A stretch of DNA of 64,000 nucleotides from Moniliella sp. 'wahieum' (taxonomy: Eukaryota). Where the stretch lies: NCBI GenBank assembly GCA_003971905.1, contig RSEE01000042.1:310001-374000 (forward strand), written 5' to 3'. A program made the translations under genes and the position numbers. Shown here in pieces: positions 39,313 to 51,550 of this stretch. The notes under the pieces were generated by a model. It made no database searches. It saw nothing but the letters and a program-made list of their open reading frames with translations, and was not told the origin of the DNA. The first letter of the stretch is position 1; the number at the start of each line of letters is the position of its first letter.

Positions 39313-39602
39313 TGTGACCGGATCCCGATGCCAAGCGAGACAGCAATCAAGAACTGGGGTCAATAGACGATAGGGATTGTTTGCTGGTGAGCGATAGTAG
39401 AGAGTAGCGGAGAGGAGGAGGAGGAGGGAGTGGAAGAGAGAAGACTAAGAGCTACGACTGCCGGGGCTTCTAGAAGGAGGCCAGTCGGCCAGCCACACTT
39501 CCGCCCGAGCGGAACTAGCGGAGAGCCGCTGGATGGAAGTGGCTGGGAGCGCCAGAGTCCGGCTATGCCTTTGGCACACCGCACTAGTGTCCCAACATCA
39601 CA
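39313..39602. mobile_element. Candidate solo LTR, second family
   Basis: 290 bp bounded by TGTGA..TCACA and flanked by CTGA direct repeats (39309-12, 39603-06); internal purine tract. Single copy in the window. Confidence 0.5.
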
Positions 39603-39901
39603 CTGAGCGTTAATACGCGTATTATATTGTTTCCAAAAAATGTGTGACGGCAGCCACGGTTTTTGGCTTTCGCGCCACTGGTCGATTATAGGTCACTCGC
39701 GCGTCACTCCAATCGCATATAACTCTCACCCACCCGTCCCACTGATTACCACCATTGTCACCACCGCTCCACGTGCACCACTGCTCCCACTTCCACTTCC
39801 ACCGTCGCTTCCACTCCCGCTTCCACACGGCTACCACGGCCACCCACCTATATTTCTGTTCCAACCGCTCGCTTGTCCGCACCCTCTTTTTTCCCTCCAC
39901 C

Positions 39902-42130
39902 ATGTCTCTCCCAATTACTTCCCATTCGACTCCAAGGCTTCGAGCTAGCCTCGAGTTGACCGATTTTGACCTCACCAGCCTCGATAATGTCAGGCTCGGA
40001 TTACCTCCAAGGCCGTCTACCCTTCCACAAGACCGAACCACACTCCCCTACTCCCATGACGGGCCAGCATACCGCCACTACCCAACGCCATCAAGCCCGC
40101 ATCGATGAAGTCCGTGTCGAAGCCGAACTCGACGAAGAGGTGCCTCGGCGGCGGAGGCGTTATCGCCGAAGAATCCCTCCCCCTCTTATTTTATCCGATG
40201 CCATTTTGAACCACCTCCCAGCGGACAAGGCATCCGTCAAAACTATCGAAACGAAATCGCAACAATCATCTCTTCTTTCACCCTCATTCAAATCCTGGGC
40301 GTCCCAAGTATTGATATCCTCGCCACATCTTCATCGCCCCGCTCGTCTTGAACATGTTTCTCCTACTGTCAACACTCATTCTGCCACACTGCACCGCCCC
40401 AACAGCGTCTGTAATCGCTCTTCCCGCCTCTTTGGGGACTTACTTCCTCGCTTATCTTCTTCGGGAAGTGAAGCTGTCCTAGGCTCACCCATACCCAAGG
40501 AAGACATTGTTCCTCCTGGATCCCCCTTTTTCAAAAGCGACGTTGGTAAAGCCCAGTCGTCACCCCTTTCCTTTACCTGCTGTGGAAACCCAGAAGAAAG
40601 TTTTTTGGAGGAACTGGGTGCATTCTCTGTTCCGTCAAACTCGTTCCAGCAGAACGATGCTGCCATCTTGAGTAGCCTCTCTGGCCTCCATGCTAACCAT
40701 CCGTTCTTGCATGACTTCGAAAGAAAGGAATGCCCTTCCACCGATTTTTTCATCACGGAACTGGCAAATACGCTCCTGTTGCACGATCCAAAACCGTCCA
40801 GCGACGACGAGTGCGGGTCTCATGTTAGTGAGGGTGCGCCTCTTTTCGAATTGCTGTTCTAAGAATTTTCTCTCGTTCCTATTACTCACTCTCTCCAATG
40901 TACAGCCGTCATTACCGGCATTACCAGCGCCCTCGGACGATCCCGTTTTGAACGTGGTCGATGGATGGGCGATGGCATGGACTGTCTTTCATCTCCCAAG
41001 ACCAGCACCATTGATAACCTGGAGAGGCCGGAAGATTCCGGGCCAGATGTACCTCACCCTCACCCCGCGAGCTCGACCACATTGCCCTGTCCTCATCCGC
41101 ATGCGATCAGCACGTCCCAAGACAAAATTCCCGACGGTGGGCTACCGATGACGCGAACTCAGGCTGTCAGCCTTGGGACTGAAGATGGACCCCCCGCCTG
41201 AGTCTGCGTCTGCTGGGATCGGAGTGGTACGACTGGGAAGGTGAGGGATCTGCACTTTTGGGACACTCTGAGCCGGACGCAACCACAAACCAGGAGCCGT
41301 CTACACGCGCCACAGCAACCCCTCGACAGGGTCGCTCATGCGGAACGGGTCTCGAGGCTCTACCACAACTTCTCCTACAGTCTACTCTCTGGATGAAGAT
41401 GCTCCCGTCTCCCGCGAGCGCAAGGAAAATAGCACGTCTACCTCGAGAAATTCGGGGACCTCCTCTCTGTCCCCCAAAACTCGAATCAGCACCGTCGACG
41501 GTCCTTCGACGGATTCAGTGGAAGAAATTCACCGGGCTGGCATGACGCTAAAGGAAGCTCGTTCCAAGTTCCTCTCCCCTCTTGCGCACGTGCCACTGCC
41601 GGCTTTAGCCAGTTCGGTCGGGAGGGTCAGTTTGACCTCCCGTCCGGTCTCTACCCCGCGTTTCCCCCATCATTTTTGCCTTCTAAAGAGACTATTCCAG
41701 CGCCCATGCCAAAGGGGAGTGCGCATGACGAATCAAAGGATAAAAAAAGGACCAGGAAGGGAAGCAAGGAATCCGGAGCTACTCCCACAATCCCAGCTTC
41801 TTCAGCCAAGGTGGCAGAGGACACGCCAGCGACGCTGGCATCCCCATTGGGACCTCTGCCGACAGAGTACAAGTCAAAGTTCCACTTGGTCCGGGGCTAC
41901 AAGTTGGTCAAGCCCGGATTCCAGCCCTCTCGCAAGCAACGCTGACTCCACCAAACACAAAAACAGAGGCGGCATCTCATTCTTTCCTTAGGGCTCGCCG
42001 CGATCACAAGGCTTGGCGTGGCTGGCTGGCCCCTTTCCCTCCTAAGCAAGGACAGGAGGAAGTCCAGCTCCAAACCAGCAACTTGTCTCCCGCCTCTGCC
42101 TCTCGCCCTCGATCCTAATCTTTGACACCC
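39902..42130 (+). CDS. Hypothetical Ser/Pro-rich protein
   Basis: Chain of overlapping same-strand ORFs (39755-40108, 39966-40862, 40965-41201, 41338-41991, 41676-41945) with protein-like composition; no domain recognised; ends approximate. Confidence 0.5.
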
Positions 42131-42900
42131 CTCTTCTCGGCGCGGAGGCTCTGAAGCCAGAAGAACAAAAAATGGGGTGAAAAACTGTACTGGAACTCTG
42201 TCGATCATATATTTTTGCCACATCATTGTGGTACATCACTTTCTTTTCGTCCCGTTCATCCTGCCAACACTTCGACCTTTTGTCACTCTCTGTTTCTGTG
42301 ACCCAAGCGTAAAATCTGACTATATATCTTCCTGTCGTTTCCGGAATCACTTGCCAAATTCATGATCTTACAAGTACCCACTGACTCTTATGATATAATA
42401 GCTGTGAGAATCAGTTGCTCTCTGGTGGGTGTCCACGGTACTGCGCGATATGTATGTTGTGAACTCCGTATCTCCCTTCATTCTCGTTTCTACGTGGTGA
42501 GTCAAGATCATGGTGATAAACATCCGAGCAGCCGGCGGTGACTGCCAGTGACTGTGTGAAAACGTTGAACGTTGAACCATCTCCATTGAGACTCTTCTTT
42601 CCACACAGTGCCCAAACATCAGATGTATACTACCTCATTGTCGGAAAGGGGCTGTATCTAATACGAGAGTCATAGTATTGCCATGTTGTTATAGTTTGTT
42701 AGTAGTATCGAGTCATTTGGAAAGCTAGAGGACAGAGGAAGAAGGCTGAGGGCGTCTTTATGGTGCGCATGGGGGCCATCGGTTGGGAACATGTGTTACG
42801 TTCTGTGTAACGCGCAACCACCTCTCGATGCGGCCCCATTGAGGTCCATAGAAGGGAAGCAAAAGAAAAGACCGAGAAAACAGGGGAAGCAGAAAACTTT

Positions 42901-44787
42901 TCAAGCCAGGGTCCGGGGAACCAGCTTGCAAAGGTACGGGTTGATCATGGGAAGTGTGACACTCGCGCCATAGGTGGGAGGGTTGCGAGCCAGAGCTTCT
43001 TGGTTGAAGACAATGTCAAAGTGGCCCAGCAACAACGACAAGACTGAACAAGCTTCATACAGAGCCAGTGTTTGGCCCAAGCACAGGCGCGGACCTGCGT
43101 TGAAGGCATGAAACACGTACGGACTAAACGTTTTCAGCGAACCGTCCGACTTGAGGAACCGCTGTGGCTTGAATTCCTCACAATCCGCGCCCCACACTTC
43201 GGGCATACGCGCCATCGCATAATCCGAAAAGTTCCGTCGTGCCCTTTTGGATGATCACGTCGGGAAGGGGCGCGCTGGGCACCGCCCCAGTTCCATAAGG
43301 GTCAAGCGGCGTGCCCCCGACCAGTTTCTCTTGCGCATAGGGGCGGATGACATCGGCTTCGACAGCAAACTTGACGTTCTTGGCCACCGGGGGCTGCAGG
43401 CGCAACGTCTCATGCACCACAGCTTGAGTGTAGGTCATATTTTTCAGGTCATCATACTCCATCAGACGCTGGTCTCGTCCTTCGCCCAAAACGGTGGCAA
43501 ACTCTTCCCGCATGCGCGCAAGCACCTCCGCCGGAGCCGAGTGGAGGGAGATAGATGCACCACGTCAACGCCTGCGCCGTCGTGTCCCGTCCAGCAATGA
43601 TAAAGTTGAGCACAACCGGAAGCAGCTCGTCTCGGGTTAAGCCCTCGTTCATAAAGAGTTGAAGCAAGTCTTTCCCTCCTTGGTCTGTGCCCCCTTTTGG
43701 TCCCCACCGCGCGCCTGACTCGCCTGCCGCTGATCAATAATATCATAGCAGGTGGTGCGGATCGTGGCCAATGCGGCTCGCATCTTGCGGCCCCGCTGGG
43801 AGAACAGTTCTGTCACCTTGAACAGCGGGTCCATAAACCGGTCACTAATCACCGTCTGAGCATAGTCAAAGGCCACAGCAAACGGGACTTGGTGTGACAA
43901 GCCAGCTACCTCGGGCCTGTTACACACCATAGGTTCATCAGTATGTCGAATCGGGCAAGGGAAGGGTCAGGGGGGGATATAGAAAATGTAGGTACGTACG
44001 GGAGACATCCCATATTGGCTCCAAAGGCCATCATACCAAAGGTTTCAAGCGTATAGCGAAAGAAGATATCCGGCAACACAATTTCCTCTTGCCGCGCCGC
44101 CGCATCGTCAGCCAAACGCTTCAGAACAACAAGATGGTGTTGGACCGAGTGTTGAACATGGGATCGAAAGTTGCTCACGGAAAACTGTATGAAAAGGCAA
44201 AATTGTCTTTCGTCAGAACCCCAGATACCAAGCCACCTATATCCAATACAAACCAGAGTGGGAGGTAGAAGAGGCATCGCAAGGACAAAGAAGAAAACGT
44301 ACAATACGCGAGGCGAGCTTACGCTGCCGTTTCCACGCGTCTCCATCGGCAACAAAGATGCCCGTCTCGGAGAGCAGGTCAGAAAAGTTGCGGCGAAAAG
44401 GGGCGCCCTTGACGTAATTGTCAAAGTTCCCTTGGAACTTTGAATCCACTGCAAGTATTCAGGCCGGTTCAACGTTGTGGTCTGACCGCCGAGGGTAGGG
44501 ATATGGAATGCAAACGGGCGTCCACCGGTCCCGACGGTACGTTGATACCCCAGCATCTGGTCCAACAGGTTGTCCGTATGACCGGATATCGCATCCCACA
44601 TCAGATTCCAGCTCCCAATCAGGGGCACACCGCCAGGAATGCTAGGCACGCCGGGAATCTTGTGCACGCCAATCGGACGGTCCGGATAGAGGAGAACGAG
44701 GACAAGGAGGACGGAAGCCCCGACGACGAGGACGACGAGCGGAATGGGCACTTGGGCGAACATATTGAGGTCCAGTAGTGATGCCAT
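42901..44787 (-). CDS. Cytochrome P450 (fatty-acid/alkane hydroxylase-like)
   Basis: N-terminal TM; I-helix NFIIAGRDTT; ETLRL; EFKPQRF; heme motif FHAFNAGPRLCLG. Confidence 0.95.
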
Positions 44788-45518
44788 GGCGAGCGAGAGT
44801 GGTGCGGTAGATGCAAGCCCCGACGAGGAAAGCGGCCCTACACGAAGCTGGGGGGGTAGGGGGAGGAGAGAGTCCTCGGCATGGCCGGGATTGATATCCC
44901 TTCCCCCCCCCCGCCCCTTTCCCGCTTCAGTACGTTACGCGCCCGCTCTCCGTGCACCTTCGCAACGAAAACTTACTACAGCGTCAAACGCGCCGGGGCG
45001 TAAGTACGAAGAGACCCCAAACAACAGACATAACACAATCCCTTTTACTCAGAGATTGATTTGGTAAGGCCGAGCTAGGCCGAGATCCTCGCCATGGTCC
45101 CCGTGCCCATATATGCTTGCCACCTCCTTGTGGGGGGGCACATACCCTTTCACGGGTGTGGCATGCTTACCTACCAATCTGGCGCGGGCAGGAGAGTCGA
45201 ATTCCCCCGTTTGGCGCTCGTAATCTTGTGTGGCCGAACAAAATAAGTGCCTCGCTTATTATTGCAGCTGAGAAAAGGTGTGTCGGGGTTACCGTGGGCC
45301 CCACGCCGCTCATCGGGCTCACCGGGCTCAGGCTCAGTGGTGAGGCTCACTGGTCGCCGCTATCCCCATCCGTCCCCTCTTTCCTTTTTCCTTCCTCACA
45401 AGAAGGGTCCCACAGGTCTGCTTGACGACGCGCTGGACGATAATCGACAAGGCCCAGGCGTAATAAGCGCGAGCGGGGCATATTTACCCCCACACAGCGG
45501 ATGATTAATGGGTGGGGC

Positions 45519-45787
45519 CGATGATCGATGATCGATGTCGATGGGGCTGCATGCATGATGCATGATGGATTCGATGAATGCCGATGAGCAATGATCATCG
45601 ATGACGTCAACGACGCCTGGAATATAGTTGGTGGCAGAATCAATGGAAGGCTGAGCCAGACCGACAGTGCAGCCTATGTTCAAAGGCAAAGCCAGTTGCT
45701 AGTTCCCGCCTCCATTCGTTGGGGGCCACAGTCCTTTCACGAGTATGACAGGATGCATGATGCATGATGCTGACATGTGACATGTGC
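45519..45787. repeat. Cluster of heptamer palindrome arrays: (ATCGAT-G)2, (ATGCAT-G)2 twice, (ACATGT-G)2
   Basis: ATCGAT 45524/45531; ATGCAT 45551/45558 and 45753/45760; ACATGT 45773/45780. Confidence 0.9.
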
Positions 45788-45978
45788 GAACACAAAAAAA
45801 GTTGATGCCCACACACACTGGGCCAACGGCCGTATTTGGGACCAGCGTCTGTGCGGAACAGCCTCAAGACATCCGCCACTTACGCCACACGCGTTCGCAC
45901 GGCCCCCGCAGGCGCTAACCTAGGCCCTCACACGTCGGCCTCATGGGCGGCCTCAGACTGAGTGATCGATGACCGGAT

Positions 45979-46233
45979 TGTTAGAGGGTAGTGCTACGGT
46001 TCCCTGCGCGGCCCTCAGTGGATCGGTGACGCTCGCTTAGCCGGCCGGAAGAGTTCTTCCGCTCGCACGCCCTGCTCGCTCCATCTCCCATCTCCCTCTC
46101 CTGTCTCCTTCCTTCAGACGTTGCTTGAAGACTTGTGACTCACCACACTCACCACTTTGCACGCCTTGTCTGAAGGAAGGCTGCTTTGCAGCTGATCCTA
46201 GGATCGCGAGTGCTCCCGCGTCGCACTCTAGCA
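45979..46233 (+). mobile_element. Solo LTR, copy B (255 bp)
   Basis: Ends TGTTAGAG..CTCTAGCA (TG..CA, 7/8 inverted match); perfect 5-bp TSD CGGAT at 45974-78 and 46234-38; second copy at 26870-27127. Confidence 0.9.
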
Positions 46234-46760
46234 CGGATGATCTCCATCCACCCCAATCCATTGTATTACTTTTGTCTGCACCAAATCGAGTGCGAAGCTA
46301 CAAACTGAACGAGAGATGCGATTGGGGGGGAGGGGGGAGGGTTTCCATAAGTACTAAGTCAAGCAGTCCCATCCGGGCGTCAGCACAGAGATAAGAGGGG
46401 GTCAAAAGATTCATATGAAGCTCCTTAAAGGGCAAGCGAGCAGAACAGAAGAGACCAAGAGACAAGGGGGCACAGAGGAGGGAGAGGGAGAGGGAGAGGA
46501 GGGAGAGGGAGAGGGAGAGAGGAGAGAGGCGACGCAAAGAAGCGGCGAAGCGAATACCAGGTAGAGTAGCTGCCTTTCCGTTCTGGGGACGGGGGTAACA
46601 CATTGAGGGAAGGGGGGGGGGCGGAGGGCGGGGGAGGGGAAAAAAAAGGAAAGCGAAAGGGGGTATCAACAGTCGGGCCCTGGCACACGGCCCATCCCAA
46701 ACCCCCATCCCAAAACGGGAGGGGGGAGGGGCACTGTGGCGGACAAGCCGACGGAAGGGA

Positions 46761-49434
46761 TTAGCAATACACCGTAGGCGTAGGTGCGTGTTTGGCGATG
46801 CTCTCCAGCACCTCTACAATCACACGCGGGTTGACCATGAGCGAATGACCTGCGCCGCGTACCCGGCGGATCTCGACCAAGGGCATTTGCGTCTGCATCC
46901 AGACCAACCCCGTAAACGAGATCCGTTCGTCCTTGTCGCCGCGCCACACGACCAGAGGTAGTTGGACCTGCGGGAAAGTGAAACCCCAGGGCTTGGCGCC
47001 TCGGGTGGCAAGGATGCGCACCAGGTCGGCCGTGCCGTGTGTGGCCTCGCGTGAGCAGCTTGAAGTAAAGCCGTTCCCAATACGTCCGTGGAGGCCGCGT
47101 GCGCGGAAGGCAGTGGCAGGCTGCCCGCCGAAGGTGCTCGCGGACGGGTTGGCACGGTCTTGGACCGTTTGGAGGAGACAGGCAGACCACGTTTGCCTCG
47201 TGATGAGGAAGGCGACAGGCTCGGGGAGGGCGGGGCGGACGAAGGTGCGAGGGGGACGTAGCCCAGGAAAGGACGGCACGAACGTCACCCAAGGACGAAT
47301 GGGAGGAGTGAGCACTCTCGCTGCTGGAACGAAACCAGCGATGGTGGGCAAAGGAAGAGACGGTCCTTCGGGTTCCGGTCGCCTCCAACGCAGGGTCTGT
47401 TCCCAGTGACAAGACCTCCACTTCTCCTTCGTCCTCCTCTCCATCCCGGGGGAAGAAGGGAACGCCACCACTGTGACCCAGAGGTTCAAGCGCCGCCGAG
47501 GCAGACTCGGAACGGAGTCGCCCATCAGGTCGATCGCCAAAGGCACTGGCGCTCGGACCACTCTCCCATCCTGAGCTGCTTTCCGCAGATCGGTTTCCGA
47601 ATGTGTGTTTAAGATAGGAGGCGATTGGGTCCAGGAGGCAGAACGAGTGTGGTGTTGTTCGGTCTGAGGCAAGTCGTTGATGGTGGAAGAAGGATGAGGG
47701 TGGGGGGGAGGCAGGGATCCTGGCAGGCGGCGCGGGAGGCCGGCCCAGTTTCCAGCCTTGGACATGCCATTCGGCCGTCTGGGCCGTACGGGAAGAAGCG
47801 AATGGGCACATACCGAGCCAGTGATAGCCCGGCTCGACCGCCGGGTCGGGGGAAACCCACGGTGCGAGCAGATGGATGGCCCAACGACCTGGTCAGGAAA
47901 GGCAAGGGCAGTCGCCATGGCAAACGGTGCACCTGCACTATGCGCCAATAGGCCAAACTGGCCCACCCCCAATGGGCTGCCACTTGCCCATGACGCTGGC
48001 CCAGTCTTGCACACCAAATTCAGCTGTCGACACTGCGTCTGTGCGTCATCCCCCATCGGTCGGCACAGATGAGGCGCAGGCCAAGGGCATGCGCCAAGTC
48101 GTCATATAGCCCCACGAGGTGACGTACGGCGCCGAGGCCAAGAAAGAAGGACGGGAAGGCCGGCGGATCACCAACGTCGGCGACGGATACCCGCAAGCCT
48201 TGTTGGGAGGGCGGTCAAGCTGGATGATGCGAGTCAAAACGGGGCGAGTGGACATAGTCGAGGATTTCCTCGGCCGATTCGGGTGCCGAGACGGAGGGGG
48301 GCCGAGGCGAGGGACGAGGAGGCCCAGGGGAGAAGGGGAAGGTGCGGGGGGAGCGGTGTGGGGGGGGCGGATGAGGGCGCGATGGGAGCCGACATGGAGT
48401 GGGTATCGGGCAGGAGGGCCGGGGGGGAGGGGGGAGAGGGAGACGAGGGTTGCAGCCGCTGATACACAGCCGCATTGTGCGCAATCAGCTGGGCCAGCAG
48501 GGTCGGGTGTGGGGGTGTGCGGGGGGGGCGGCGGAGGGGAGGGGAGGGCGGCGGGAGGAGGGAGGCGTGGGAGACGGCGCGGGTGCGGGAGCGGGGTGGG
48601 GGGGTGGACAGACACCAGGTCCCACGAGGCAGCCGAGGCGCAGGAGGGGCGCGGACGTGGAAGCGGAGTGGGTCCGAGGCATGGGAGGTTGGGGCGTGGG
48701 CGGGTGCGCAGGGGGGGGTGGGCCTGGTGCGGTGCTGGGAGGGGTGGAGCGGAGGAGGGCAGCGCGTGCGACGAGGCGAGGCAGCTTGCTCGCCGTGCGT
48801 GGCGGGGCAGTGCGTGGTGGGGCAGTGTGCGCCGGGGCGGGGGGAGCAGGCGGATGGGGGCGCAAGAAGCGGAGCAGGCTGCGCTTGCCAGGCAGGGGCG
48901 TGGCGCGGCAGCAACAGAGGCCGCAGCAGGGGCAGGGCCAGAGCCAGAGCCTGTGGCCTCGGCCGCAGCCGAGCATGCAGGCGGCGCTGCATTGGCGGTG
49001 CTGCGGATCGGAGGCAGGGCCACCCCCGTGCGTGGGCCATGGCCAGGTCGGCATCGGCCAGAGGCCGCAGACAGCGGCAGAGCAGGGGGGACGGGTATCA
49101 CGCAAGGCGCGGCGGGATGGGATGGCAATGCGGGGGGTCGGCGCAGGGGGGCGTTAGGACGTGGGCCGCAAGCGAGCGCTGTGTGTCGCGCGGGCGGTGC
49201 TGGTCAGGCGGCGGGGGCATGCGCTGGCTGGCGCTGGGCGGCGGGTGCCGGGGGGCGGGCAGGGCGGTGCGCGTTGCTCGGAGCGGCGCAGGTTGGAGAG
49301 GGCGCGGGTGCGGCTCAAGCGTGCGCGCGCACACACCCCGCAGCCGACGGCGGCCAGGGCGCGCCAGGCGGGCTGCAGGCGCTGGGCAGCGTCGGCGCTG
49401 CAGCGGCGGTGCGCGTGCTGTCCAAGGACGACAT
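46761..49434 (-). CDS. Alpha/beta hydrolase with long low-complexity N-terminus
   Basis: VSVADVGDPAG, LGLGAVRHLVGLYDDLAHALGLRLICADRWG, nucleophile elbow AHSAG, PWGF, VWRGDKDERI, GAGHSLM. Start uncertain. Confidence 0.8.
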
Positions 49435-50568
49435 GCCCGCGGGGCTGCTCAGGCAGGGCGCAGCGTAGGCCTTAGGCCGTCGGGGAGCAGCCGGCCCAAC
49501 AAGATGCGCCGCTGCCAGCGATGGCATGCGATGGCTTGGTCGCATTGGATCGGATCGGATGGCGTTTATGCCGTCAGGCACAATGGCCGACGGCCCTCCC
49601 TCCGAAAAAAAACTTACTAATTGCGCCGCGCGCGCCCGCTGCCACCCCTCGCCCATTCCACCCACCCAGTCACCGGTATCCCAACTCCGCCACCGTCAGG
49701 CCAAATCAATCCGTTACGTTGCCCGAGTCCTGCTGGGTTTGCACGTGTGACGAAAACTTCCGATGCCCCTCTCTGGATGCAGGTCTACGGTAAGAGCCGG
49801 GGAGGGCAAGTCGAACCAGGCTACACAATGGTGCAAAATGATTCATTGGTAGAGGAGAGAAGATGGGGCTTTAGGATATCTGGCTAGGGCTGATTGCGCT
49901 GGTTCCTTGGATGAGGAGCTGCAAGGTGGTGCTGCTCTTCTTTCATTCCACCACCACCTGGCTTCCTGAGAACCCCGATTGGGATGCGGCCGATTCTGTT
50001 GATGGGCTAACCCATGAATTTTGATCGTCTCTGCTTTATAGTCACCTCGACCACCTCGGCCGCTTCCTCTCCCTGGCCCTGCACTTACTTGGTCCTGATG
50101 GTGCCAATCCCCAGCTCGGTTATGCTTGCGTCACAACGCCGGGGCATGGCCATGCATGCACTGGCTTGCAGCAACCCCTTCCCCACTGATCTACCACCTC
50201 TTGAGCTTTATCATGAGCTGAACATAGCTCGCCAGTGCATCCACCCCGTCTCCCCAAAGGCCGATCATGCCACGCGCCGATACTGCCACCTCCCACTTTC
50301 CATTCTGAACATTGAGTCGCTCCTGCCTGGGGAAAGACGGTCGTTGATCTGGCACCTCGCTGAGTTGAGCCATCTTTATGTATGGGATGCTTTGTGGGAG
50401 AGGAGCTAGAGGCGAGAAACGTGGACCTAGAATACCTGTCATCTGAGGGGGCGCGTCGCTGTGGTACGCAACGACGGTTACCTATGGCTGGCTGACTGGG
50501 TGGGGCTTGACAGCGTGCGAAAGGGAGTAGTGAGTGCGTCGATTGGGGAGCGAGGGTTTGAGACGCAA

Positions 50569-51550
50569 TTACTTCCGGGACTTGGCCGCATCGGGGTCTT
50601 CCGAGGCACTAGGAAGGCAAAAGAGTCAGGTGCCATGTCGGATGTGAGAGGAAGAGGGGGACATACACATTGAGCAGGAGCGACTCGGCATCGAGCATGA
50701 TCTTGTTGCCACTGGTCGACAAGGTGGCAGCGATTTCCCTTGCGGCCTCTAGCTTGCGCAGAGCAAGGAAGCCCTTGTTCTTCTTGAGTGCTTCGCCAAT
50801 CAGTTCGGCGGAACGGGCCTCACCCTGCGCCTTGACAATGATCGACTGCTTCTCCTGCACCGCCTGGTCGACGAGGAAGGCAGCACGCTGGCAGTCTGCT
50901 GAGCAATCTGCTTGGCTTCGACGGCTTGCGTAAACTCGGGACTGAAGGCAACATGGGTAATCGACACATCGTCCAGCACCAAGTTGAACCTTCTAGCCCG
51001 GGCGGTAAGCGAGTCACGGACCAAGCGCGACCATTTCCCGCTGCGTAATCAACTGGGACGCATTGAACTGGGCCACCACCGCTTTCAGCACCTCGTTGAC
51101 AATCGACGGAAGCACCCGCTCATCATAGTCGGCGCCCAGTTCGCGGTAGATGGTAGGCAACTGGTGTGCGTCCGGACGAGAGAGGACACGGCAGTAATGT
51201 TGACCATCTGCAAGTCCTTGGTGCCCGTCAAGGAAGCGATGCTGCGCGGCTTGGCACGCACATCGTAGTCGATCGGATCAAACCAGGGAGAAGGAAGTGT
51301 GTTCCCTCGGGTAGACAGTGGGAAGTACACCATCGATACGACTGTACTTGATCGCACGGTGACCACCATCGACGTTGAACAGCGACGCATTGATGCCCAC
51401 CGCCAGCACCACCAAGCCCACCAACGCGCCCGTACCGCCAAGCACACCCTTCGGAGGACCACGGCCGCCACCAGGGAACGATCCACGGCCGGCGCCCCTG
51501 GCGGTGGCCTGCATCCGGCGCATAAACTCGTCCATCGGCGAGCGCGACAT
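50569..51550 (-). CDS. PHB2: Prohibitin-2
   Basis: [75 protein letters not shown]; 3' intron about 50609-50667. Confidence 0.95.

Noticed and set aside
46111..46233. Hammerhead ribozyme in the LTR
   Set aside because: CTGATCC is present instead of CUGANGA, and there is no correctly placed GAAA core.
42901..49434. Secondary-metabolite or glycolipid cluster (P450 + hydrolase)
   Set aside because: No synthase, glycosyltransferase or transporter nearby; neighbours are housekeeping genes.
48046..49620. Long plus-strand ORFs (449 aa, 381 aa)
   Set aside because: Gly/Arg-rich antisense shadows of very GC-rich minus-strand sequence.
49680..50480. Hypothetical gene between the hydrolase and PHB2
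   Set aside because: Only short ORFs on both strands with no recognisable motif.
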